From positions 1-57,891 of the forward strand of contig CAKSQP010000001.1 in the NCBI GenBank assembly GCA_934486965.1: DNA of 57,891 nt, given 5' to 3'. Numbering within the stretch: position 1 is the stretch's first letter; each line of letters begins with the position of its first letter. Made by a program: the position numbers and the translations under genes. Source of the stretch: an uncultured Eubacteriales bacterium (GTDB lineage Bacteria > Bacillota > Clostridia > Oscillospirales > UBA644). The notes under the pieces are model-generated. The model saw only the letters and a list, made by a program, of their open reading frames with translations, was not told the origin of the DNA and did not search any database. This document shows, in pieces, positions 31,411-39,222 of this stretch.

Positions 31411-32172
31411 TCTCTTCTTATAAATCACAAGTTCGGGGTCTTTGCAGTCTTCGCCGTAAGTACATACAAGAATGAAATCCGCGTTCGCGACAACGCCGAA
31501 ACACCTGTCGCCGCCGAATTCACATTCAAGTTGGTTTCCGAGATAGGTCGTATCGTCGTCCAAGAACCTCACAACGTTTCCGTTCGGAAGTCTGAAATCA
31601 AGATTGATATATTTCCCGACAAGGGCATTTAATTTTTCGACTTTCGGCATTCCGTCAATATTCAGGGCGTTTATTTCGCCGATAAGTTTTTCCTTGAATT
31701 CGTCGAAAGCCCTGTTTCCGCCGAGTTCGTCATATCTTTTCCAATAGTCGAGTTTCGGCAGGGTCGAATAAAGATACGCCCTTATTTCCTCTTCGGAATG
31801 TTCGCCGTTCGCCATATTTTTAACGCAGACGTCGATAAGGTCGTCCATGTTGCTGTACATATATTCGCCGTCGGCATAGCACCATTTGCAATAGTCCTCG
31901 TTAAGAAAACCGTCCTTTTCCCTGCTTATTATACCGTCTTCAAGCGGCATTCCGCAGCACTGGCAGATAAGTTTGTGCGGAGACCCTAAAAGCGTGTTTA
32001 TCGAAACGCCGAAAAATTTCGACAGCAGTTTCAAGGTGTCGGTATTAGGCACCGTCTCTCCGTTTTCCCAACGCGAGACCGCCTGACGCGTGACGAATAT
32101 CTTTTCGGCAAGTTCCTCCTGCGAAAGTCCTTTCTGCGTTCTCAGATTGAATAATACTTCTCTTGTTTCCAT
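31408..32172 (-). CDS. XRE-family HTH protein with a putative zinc-ribbon domain and an uncharacterised C-terminal domain
   Basis: The HTH is LSQEELAEKIFVTRQAVSRWENGETVPNTDTLKLLSKFFGVSINTLL. The zinc ribbon is CQCCGMPL...DYCKWCYADGEY. Confidence 0.8.
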   Translation of the reverse strand: METREVLFNLRTQKGLSQEELAEKIFVTRQAVSRWENGETVPNTDTLKLLSKFFGVSINTLLGSPHKLICQCCGMPLEDGIISREKDGFLNEDYCKWCYADGEYMYSNMDDLIDVCVKNMANGEHSEEEIRAYLYSTLPKLDYWKRYDELGGNRAFDEFKEKLIGEINALNIDGMPKVEKLNALVGKYINLDFRLPNGNVVRFLDDDTTYLGNQLECEFGGDRCFGVVANADFILVCTYGEDCKDPELVIYKKR

Positions 32173-32289
32173 GAAATCAACTCCTCGAAAATATTATACA
32201 TTATTTTCCGCGAAAAGCAAGCAACTGTCCGTTTCCCCGCGTTTATTTTCCGCGTTTTCGGGCAAAATACGCAAAAAAGGAGAGAGTTT

Positions 32290-32958
32290 ATGTCAGAAGA
32301 AAACGTAAAGGAAAGCGGGCTTCCGACGGAGGAAATGCCTATCCACTGCCTTACCGTCATCGGTCAGGTCGAAGGACACTATATCCTGCCCGCGGAAACG
32401 AAAACAACAAAATACGAACACGTTCTTCCCGCGCTTGTCGCTATTGAAGAATCGGAAAAAGTCAAAGGTCTTCTTATTCTCTTAAACACCGTCGGGGGCG
32501 ACGTCGAAGCGGGGCTTGCGATTGCCGAAATGATAGCGGGAATGGATACGCCGACAGTTTCCCTCGTTCTCGGCGGCGGACATTCGATAGGAGTGCCTCT
32601 TGCGGTCTCCGCCGACTATTCCTTCATCGCGCCGACCGCGACCATGACCGTCCACCCCGTAAGAATGAACGGGCTTATCGTCGGAGTTCCGCAGACGTTT
32701 TCGTATTTTGACAAAATGCAGGACAGAATTATAAATTTCGTTTCGGAAAATTCCGACATTTCGGCAAACCGTTTCAGAGAACTAATGACTGCGACGGGCG
32801 GAATGGTGACAGACGTCGGAACGCTTCTCGACGGCGCGGAGGCGGTAAAGGAGGGCGTTATAAACGAGGTCGGCGGACTTCGCGACGCCATGAAAAAACT
32901 GCGCGGTATTATAAAGGAAAGGGAGAATAAAAATGTTCATATACTCGATAATGTGTGA
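32290..32958 (+). CDS. tepA: ClpP-like protease family protein (translocation-enhancing protein TepA type)
   Basis: IHCLTVIGQVEGHYILP...ILLNTVGGDVEAGLAIAEMI...HSIGVPLAV matches the ClpP/TepA fold pattern. The TepA label comes from my recollection of similarly annotated proteins. Confidence 0.7.
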   Translation: MSEENVKESGLPTEEMPIHCLTVIGQVEGHYILPAETKTTKYEHVLPALVAIEESEKVKGLLILLNTVGGDVEAGLAIAEMIAGMDTPTVSLVLGGGHSIGVPLAVSADYSFIAPTATMTVHPVRMNGLIVGVPQTFSYFDKMQDRIINFVSENSDISANRFRELMTATGGMVTDVGTLLDGAEAVKEGVINEVGGLRDAMKKLRGIIKERENKNVHILDNV

Positions 32959-33033
32959 AAACGCCGTTCTGCCGCCGAAAAAAGAGCGAAAAAAAGCCGC
33001 CGAAGTCTTTTCGACCGATCCGGCGACATTTCT

Positions 33034-33708
33034 TTATTCTTCGGAAAGCGCTTCTTTGGCGAGCAAATCGGCATATTCATTGAGTGGCACTCCGCTGTGG
33101 CCCTCGACCTTGACGAACTTTATATCCATATAAGGGCGGAATTTATCCATGAATTCAAGATAGTGCCTTGCACAGAAACTCTGCGCTTTCCATTTATGCT
33201 CATACCATTTTGAAATTCCGTAATAGTCGTGATATATCGTTATATCCCTTATTCCGTCCGCGGCTGTCGTCTTGACGGCAAACATCGCCGCCTGCAGTTC
33301 CCCTGCGACGTTTCTTGCCTCCGCCGCCTCCGGTCTCATGCCCCACGCGCGGTGAGTCGTGACGTTTCCGCTTTTTATAAGGATACAGCCGTAGGAATAT
33401 CTGCGGCGTTCGGCGTCGTAACTTCCGTCGATATACGCTATCATCTTCCCCTGCGGGATTTCGTTTGAAAGATTTTCCGCAACGGTATTGTAATCCGCAA
33501 TTTTTTCCGCTTTCGACCTGCGTTTTTTCGCGGGTCTTTCTTTTTCGGTAAAAGTCTGCGCCAGATAGTCTTCGGCGTCTTTCATATTGTCGAAACTTTT
33601 ATATTCCGCGTCCTTAAAGCCGACGACCTGATCCTTGCACTCTTCCCAATGCCTGAATATTCCTGTTTTTCTGCCGTTTCTAACGGCGTAATACCGCAAT
33701 TTTGCCAT
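33034..33708 (-). CDS. rnhA: Ribonuclease HI with an N-terminal RNA-DNA hybrid-binding (caulimovirus-VI-like) domain
   Basis: The N-terminus YYAVRNGRKTGIFRHWEECKDQVVGFKDAEYKSF is the hybrid-binding domain. The RNase H core has candidate DEDD residues (AYIDGSY, AGELQA, IYHDYYG, NEYADLLAK). Confidence 0.85.
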   Translation of the reverse strand: MAKLRYYAVRNGRKTGIFRHWEECKDQVVGFKDAEYKSFDNMKDAEDYLAQTFTEKERPAKKRRSKAEKIADYNTVAENLSNEIPQGKMIAYIDGSYDAERRRYSYGCILIKSGNVTTHRAWGMRPEAAEARNVAGELQAAMFAVKTTAADGIRDITIYHDYYGISKWYEHKWKAQSFCARHYLEFMDKFRPYMDIKFVKVEGHSGVPLNEYADLLAKEALSEE

Positions 33709-33805
33709 TTCATTCTCCGTTTTTTATTCTTCTGTAATGATACCATTATTTTCGGGCAAAGTCAAGACGGAAAGCATATACTGTGTTATAAAGACTCTCG
33801 GAGTG

Positions 33806-34663
33806 ATGATTTTGAAAACTCAAATATTCGCCGTCCTCGGAGGAGACCTGCGCTCCGCCGCGGCGGAAAAGATACTGTCGGGCTTTTTTGCGACCCGTCT
33901 TTTCGGCTTTGAAAAACTCGGAAAAAATCCCGAAATTCTCACAAAAACGCTTGAAAACGCGGACTTCGTGCTTCTTCCCCTGCCGTTAAGCGCCGACGGG
34001 AAGACCTTAAACGCGCCTTTTTCCGAAAAGGAGACTTTTCTTTCGGAAATTCTGCCCGCTATCCCCGAAAAAGCCGTGATATTCGGGGCGAATATCCCCG
34101 AAAATTTCAAGGACGAAAAGCACGTCTTTATCGACCTTTTTGCCCGCGACGACATACAGATACTCAACGCCGTTCCGACAGCCGAGGGAGCAATCGCCGA
34201 GGCGATAAACGAAACCGAGAAAACACTCTGGCGCTCGAAATGCCTCGTCGTCGGTTTCGGCAGGATAGGAAAAGCCCTCGCGTTCCGCTTAAAGGCGCTC
34301 GGCGCCGACGTGACGGTCTCCGCAAGAAAAGACAAGGACTTTGCGGAAATTTCGGCGTTCGGCTTTACGCCCGCAAGAAGCGATCGGCTTTGCGCCGTCA
34401 TAAAGGATTCGGACATCGTTTTCAACACCGTCCCGATACGGCTGATAGGCGAAAAAGAACTTCTCGCGGCGCAAAAAGAAACGCTCTTTATCGACCTTGC
34501 CTCAAAACCCGGCGGAATAGATTTTTCCGTCGCCGAAAACTCAGGGCTTAAGGTTCTGTGGCTGCTGTCGCTTCCGGGGAAGACCGCGCCGAAGACCGCA
34601 GGCGAAATTATCGCCGAAACCGTACTTCATATCCTGAAAGGAGGAGAAACAAATGGAGAATGA
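33806..34663 (+). CDS. dpaA: Dipicolinate synthase subunit A
   Basis: MILKTQIFAVLGGDLRSAAAE..., the Rossmann motif VVGFGRIGKALA, and the following dpaB gene support the call. The start was chosen after a GGAG RBS. Confidence 0.85.
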   Translation: MILKTQIFAVLGGDLRSAAAEKILSGFFATRLFGFEKLGKNPEILTKTLENADFVLLPLPLSADGKTLNAPFSEKETFLSEILPAIPEKAVIFGANIPENFKDEKHVFIDLFARDDIQILNAVPTAEGAIAEAINETEKTLWRSKCLVVGFGRIGKALAFRLKALGADVTVSARKDKDFAEISAFGFTPARSDRLCAVIKDSDIVFNTVPIRLIGEKELLAAQKETLFIDLASKPGGIDFSVAENSGLKVLWLLSLPGKTAPKTAGEIIAETVLHILKGGETNGE

Positions 34664-35228
34664 AAAGCCGCGCATAGGGTTTGCGCTCTGCGGCTCTTTC
34701 TGCACTTTCACACGGACGGTCGCCGTTCTCGAAAAACTCGCCCGTGATTACGATATATACCCGATAATGTCGGAGGTCGCCTTTTCGACCGACACACGTT
34801 TCGGCAAAAGCGAAGACTTCCGCACTCAGATAAAAAATATCTGCCGAAAGGAAATAATTCATACCGTAAAAGAAGCGGAGCCTATCGGGCCGAAAAAGAT
34901 GTTTGACGCGCTGGTCGTCGCGCCCTGCACCGGAAACACCCTCGCGAAACTTTCGTCGGGAATAGCCGACAGCAGCGTTTCCCTCGCCGTCAAAGCGCAT
35001 CTTCGGAACGGCAGACCCGTCGTCGTCGCCGTTTCTTCAAACGACGCTCTCGCGGCAAACGCCGAGAATATCGGCAGGCTGTTAAACCGCGAAAACTTTT
35101 ATTTCGTCCCGTTCGGGCAGGACGACGCGGAGACAAAACCGCGTTCGCTCGTCGCCGAAATGGAAAAAATCCCGCAGACGCTCTCATCGGCGCTTAACGG
35201 AATTCAGATACAACCGATGCTTATATGA
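34653..35228 (+). CDS. dpaB: Dipicolinate synthase subunit B (flavoprotein)
   Basis: RIGFALCGSFCTF...APCTGNTLAKL is a flavoprotein (CoaBC-like) signature typical of SpoVFB. The gene overlaps dpaA by 11 nt. Confidence 0.88.
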   Translation: MENEKPRIGFALCGSFCTFTRTVAVLEKLARDYDIYPIMSEVAFSTDTRFGKSEDFRTQIKNICRKEIIHTVKEAEPIGPKKMFDALVVAPCTGNTLAKLSSGIADSSVSLAVKAHLRNGRPVVVAVSSNDALAANAENIGRLLNRENFYFVPFGQDDAETKPRSLVAEMEKIPQTLSSALNGIQIQPMLI

Positions 35229-35233
35229 CATAC

Positions 35234-35275
35234 GGCGGACCGACAGACGGTCCGCCTCTCTTTACTTTATTTTGC
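35234..35275 (+). terminator. Intrinsic terminator after dpaB
   Basis: GGCGGACCG (35234-35242) pairs with CGGTCCGCC (35248-35256), followed by a T-rich tail TCTCTTTACTTTATTTT. Confidence 0.75.
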
Positions 35276-35544
35276 TTTTGTGCTATAATAAATATACAAA
35301 TACATACAGGGGAGAAAATATATGTCCGACCCGTTACTCAGTTGAAAATATCTTTCAAAGCACCTGAAAGCGTAATAGGACATATAAAAATCTTGAGATC
35401 CTCTGTTCGGAAACCTACTCAAAAGCCCCGAAATAACTGTCGGTAAAGGAAATGCCGCTTCACCTGAAGGTGTGTGCAAAAATGAAATTTACGGGAGGCA
35501 TTTATATGCCTTCTGCGGTATACGGAAAAAGGCGAGGAAATGAA

Positions 35545-36450
35545 ATGAACGGAAAAGTTTCGATAATAATACCCGTTTACAACGGCGAAAACTATATGCG
35601 CGAGGCAATTGACAGCGCGCTTGCCCAGACATACAAAAATATTGAAATAATCGTCGTAAACGACGGTTCGACCGACAGGACGGAAGAGATCGCAAAAAGT
35701 TACGGCGACAAAATAGTTTACGTTTCGAAAGAAAACGGAGGCTCTTCGTCGGCGCTTAACGCAGGCATTAAAAAGATGACGGGCGACTTCTTTTCGTGGC
35801 TCTCGCACGACGACCTTTACCTTCCCGAAAGGACCGAAGAACTTATGAAGGCGTGGTCGGGCGACGAAAACGAAGCGGTGATTTGCTACGAAAAACTGAT
35901 CGACGGCGACGGAAACCCGCTCTTTTACGCAAAAAAAAGCCCCGTCGGACATTTTTCCGCGGAAGAGATGATGACTTCTTTCAGCAGGAGAAAAAGAATC
36001 AACGGGTGCTGTATACTTATCCCGAAAAAACTCATTGATAAGACGGGATTTTTCGACGAAACCTTTGTTTTTATCAACGATGTTGACTACTGGCTCCGTC
36101 TCTGTTGCGAGGGAGCGTCCTTCGAACGGATAGACAAACCCTTAGTAAAATCAAGAATTCACGGCGGACAGGTCACCGTCAAAAAAGCGAATCTTTACAA
36201 AACAGAGACGGAAAGACTCGAAAAAAAGATGCTTTCGCACATTACCGAGAACAGGGAAAGTCTCAGCGGGTTTACCGTCCCGTTTCTTCTGATATGCGCA
36301 AACGGCAATCAGAAGGAAACGATAAAAGAAGCCTTTGAAAAACTCGATCTTTCAGCGGGACAAAAAGCAAAGATACGTTTCAGAGTCTTTACCGGAAGAA
36401 TTTACTCGTTCTTAAAGGGAATTTATAAAAAAATATTTTTCGGAAGATAA
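35545..36450 (+). CDS. Family 2 glycosyltransferase
   Basis: MNGKVSIIIPVYNGENYMREAIDSALAQTYKNIEIIVVNDGSTD...SHDDL is a GT-A fold with a DxD-type motif. The start was chosen after a GAGGAA RBS. Confidence 0.85.
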   Translation: MNGKVSIIIPVYNGENYMREAIDSALAQTYKNIEIIVVNDGSTDRTEEIAKSYGDKIVYVSKENGGSSSALNAGIKKMTGDFFSWLSHDDLYLPERTEELMKAWSGDENEAVICYEKLIDGDGNPLFYAKKSPVGHFSAEEMMTSFSRRKRINGCCILIPKKLIDKTGFFDETFVFINDVDYWLRLCCEGASFERIDKPLVKSRIHGGQVTVKKANLYKTETERLEKKMLSHITENRESLSGFTVPFLLICANGNQKETIKEAFEKLDLSAGQKAKIRFRVFTGRIYSFLKGIYKKIFFGR

Positions 36451-36454
36451 AAAG

Positions 36455-36482
36455 ACCGCCTCAAACTGAGGCGGTTCTTTTG
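36455..36482 (+). terminator. Intrinsic terminator after the GT2 gene (overlaps the 3' end of the convergent EamA gene)
   Basis: ACCGCCTCA (36455-36463) pairs with TGAGGCGGT (36467-36475), followed by TCTTTTG. Confidence 0.65.
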
Positions 36483-37309
36483 TTATCAATTATGCACCAG
36501 ACGGTTACCGTTACTATAACAACAGCGCCGCCGACAAGCGACAGGACGGACGGATATTCCTTTGCGAAGATCGCGACCCAGACGGGATTCAGTAGCGGTT
36601 CGGCGGCGGAAAGCAGTGAACACGCGAGCGGCGGACAGTTTTCGGACGCCAATGCAAGCAGGATATACGGAATTCCGAGTTGAACAACGCCTAAAATCAC
36701 AACGCCGGTGATCGCCGAAACGGAAATCGGCGTCGGAAAAACAAACATAAACGGAATTCCGACGGCGGCGGTGAGCAGATGTCCGAGGAAAAGACCGCTC
36801 GTCTTCTCCTCGCCCTTGCAGTCGCCGACGGAAATGAACATTCCCGCCATGAAAAGCCCCGCGCAAAGCCCCAAAAGATTGCCCAAGGTGTGTCCGCTTT
36901 CAAGACCGTCTATTGCAAAAAGCGAAATTCCGCCAAGAGTGACGATGACGGTGACGATATCGACCGCGGAAAATTTCTGATGTCTGAAAATCGCGGAAAA
37001 GAGCATTATAAAAATCGGCGCGGTGAATTGCAGGACTATCGCGTTTGCCGAAGTCGTAAGTTTGCTTGCCCCGACAAAGCAAAGGAAAGTTGCCGCAAGA
37101 AAAAACATACTTTTCGCGACGTTTTTATTGAAAAATATTTTCTGCTTTGTTATCAAAGCGAAAACAAGCACCGTAAGAGCCGAAAAAAGACTGCGGAATC
37201 CTGCTATTACAAGCGGATTCCAGTCTATCATTTTTATGAAAATGCCCGCAATACTCCAAAGAACGGAGCAGCAGAGCATTTGAAGAATAGCAATGTTTTT
37301 CTTTTTCAT
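36461..37309 (-). CDS. EamA/DMT-family transporter
   Basis: The start MKKKNIAILQMLCCSVLWSIAGIFIKMI leads into a ten-TM-like hydrophobic profile. The ATG (37309..37307) overlaps the upstream PFK stop in an ATGA arrangement. Confidence 0.8.
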   Translation of the reverse strand: MKKKNIAILQMLCCSVLWSIAGIFIKMIDWNPLVIAGFRSLFSALTVLVFALITKQKIFFNKNVAKSMFFLAATFLCFVGASKLTTSANAIVLQFTAPIFIMLFSAIFRHQKFSAVDIVTVIVTLGGISLFAIDGLESGHTLGNLLGLCAGLFMAGMFISVGDCKGEEKTSGLFLGHLLTAAVGIPFMFVFPTPISVSAITGVVILGVVQLGIPYILLALASENCPPLACSLLSAAEPLLNPVWVAIFAKEYPSVLSLVGGAVVIVTVTVWCIIDNKRTASV

Positions 37310-38538
37310 TTTCCGAATTTGAAATGTTTCGGCAGACCTCTTTCGGTCGGAACTGTGATTTCGCCCTCGATAAGCGGCAGGATCTGCCAAAGAAGTTCGT
37401 CCTTTATGTTATTTTTTTCGTCGGTTATCATTTCAACGGGAACGGTCTTCGTTTTGTTCGCGATATCTTCGGCGTGAACGCAGTCATATTCGATTTTATA
37501 ACCGTCGCCCTCTCTGCGGCGAAGAACGGTGACGTATCCGTTATTCGTTTCGGATCTCGTCGAAAACGCGACCGAGGTTTTTCCCGTCTCGAAAGACTCT
37601 TCGATATCGGTTTTCGAGAGGATATGCGACGCACAGCGCTGCGGAAGATTGAGTTCGACCGAACGGACCTTACAGCCTATCTTTTCCTTGACAAGTCCCT
37701 CAAGATATTTCGCGGTGCCCGCAAGATAGCGGTGTCCGAAAATATCGACGGCGCCGCTCTGTTTTTTCTCGCCGACATATTCTCCGCTCTCGGTTTTTAT
37801 CCCTTCGGAGACTGCGACGACGACGTTCGGCTTTATTTCAAGTTGTTTTTTGAGGTCGGCAATAAATTTTTCTTCGTCGAACGCAACTTCGGGAAGATAA
37901 ATAAGGTCGGCGGTGTTTTCGCCCAAAATTCTCGGAAGACCCGCGGCGGCGGTGAGCCACCCCGCGTCTCTGCCCATGACCTCGACAATCGTCACGGCTT
38001 TAGTCGTATAGACCGAGCAGTCGCAGGCAATTTCCTGCATTACCGTCGCGACGTATTTTGCCGCAGAGCCGAAACCGGGGGTATGGTCGGTTCCCATAAG
38101 GTCGTTGTCTATCGTCTTCGGAACGCCCATAAATACCATTTCGTAATTTTGCTTTTTCGAATATTCCGAAAGTTTTACGACGGTATCCATCGAATCGTTT
38201 CCGCCGATATAGAAAAAGTAGCGGATATCGTATCTTTTGAAAAAAGAAAACAGTTTTTCGTATTCGGAAAGGTCGTCTCCGTGCGGATCGGCAAGTTTTT
38301 TGCGGCAGGAGCCGAGAGCCGCGGCGGGAGTGCAGACAAGCGAATATTTTTCCTCTTCATTAAGGGGTTTTATTTTGAAAACGTCTTCACGCAGAAGCCC
38401 CTCTATTCCGTTTTTCATTCCGAAAATCTCGTTTATATGCGACGATTTTTCGGCGGCGTGCAAAATTCCGGCAAGCGTTGCGTTGATAGCGCTCGTAGGA
38501 CCGCCGGACTGTCCTACAACCGCGTTTCCCTTTATCAT
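37306..38538 (-). CDS. pfp: 6-phosphofructokinase, probably pyrophosphate-dependent (PPi-PFK)
   Basis: GQSGGPTSAINA and YIGGNDSMDT and GVPKTIDNDL. Asp in GGxDS and Lys in PKTIDND are the residues classically associated with PPi rather than ATP as the phosphoryl donor. Confidence 0.8.
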   Translation of the reverse strand: MIKGNAVVGQSGGPTSAINATLAGILHAAEKSSHINEIFGMKNGIEGLLREDVFKIKPLNEEEKYSLVCTPAAALGSCRKKLADPHGDDLSEYEKLFSFFKRYDIRYFFYIGGNDSMDTVVKLSEYSKKQNYEMVFMGVPKTIDNDLMGTDHTPGFGSAAKYVATVMQEIACDCSVYTTKAVTIVEVMGRDAGWLTAAAGLPRILGENTADLIYLPEVAFDEEKFIADLKKQLEIKPNVVVAVSEGIKTESGEYVGEKKQSGAVDIFGHRYLAGTAKYLEGLVKEKIGCKVRSVELNLPQRCASHILSKTDIEESFETGKTSVAFSTRSETNNGYVTVLRRREGDGYKIEYDCVHAEDIANKTKTVPVEMITDEKNNIKDELLWQILPLIEGEITVPTERGLPKHFKFGK

Positions 38539-38548
38539 AATATCTCCT

Positions 38549-39166
38549 TTATTTCCCGTCGGGGGTCGCCTTTAAGTGGTAAATATTCATTCCCTGCTCC
38601 GAAAAACGGGTCTCATATTCGGTCATGACCTCGTTTTCGATATCGGTCGAATGGAGGTCGGTCGTGACTTCCGAAAGGATAAAACCCGCGTCGGTAAATT
38701 CTTCAAGCGAAAAATTGAAAAGCCCCTCGTTGTCGGTCTTCATCTTTATAAAACCGCCCGATTTAAGCAGTTTTTTATAAATTTCAAGAAAACTTCTGTA
38801 TGTAAGTCTGCGCGACGTATGTCTCTTTTTCGGCCATGGGTCGGAAAAATTGAGATAAATAACATCAAGGCTGTGTTCCTTGCATATCTCAGGCAGTTTC
38901 GTTGCGTCTTCAAGCAGAAATCTGACGTTTTCAAGACCTTTTTCCTTGCATTTTTCGGCTGCCATCACCATTACGTCGGGAACTTTTTCCATTGCGAAAT
39001 AAGCGGTTTCGGGGTGAAGTTCGGCAAGTCCCGCAATGAATTTTCCTTTTCCGCAGCCTATCTCAAGACACGCTTTTTTGCCGTCGGGTACGGTTATTTC
39101 ACTTACAAACATTTCTCCGCATCTTTCAAGACGCGGAACGGTGTTTTTCTTCTTTCTCGCTCTCAT
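38549..39166 (-). CDS. trmB: tRNA (guanine46-N7)-methyltransferase
   Basis: The 205-aa ORF has the SAM motif LEIGCGKGKF and the segment YLNFSDPWPKKRH typical of TrmB. Confidence 0.9.
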   Translation of the reverse strand: MRARKKKNTVPRLERCGEMFVSEITVPDGKKACLEIGCGKGKFIAGLAELHPETAYFAMEKVPDVMVMAAEKCKEKGLENVRFLLEDATKLPEICKEHSLDVIYLNFSDPWPKKRHTSRRLTYRSFLEIYKKLLKSGGFIKMKTDNEGLFNFSLEEFTDAGFILSEVTTDLHSTDIENEVMTEYETRFSEQGMNIYHLKATPDGK

Positions 39167-39222
39167 TTTATCCTCTTTCGTCTGTATATTTTATCACAAA
39201 CATAAGTCAAATTCAAGTGTTT

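Noticed and set aside
37324-38628. 434-aa ORF antisense to the PFK gene
   Set aside because: It is a shadow ORF opposite a gene with clear PFK motifs, and it is low complexity (F/R/K-rich).
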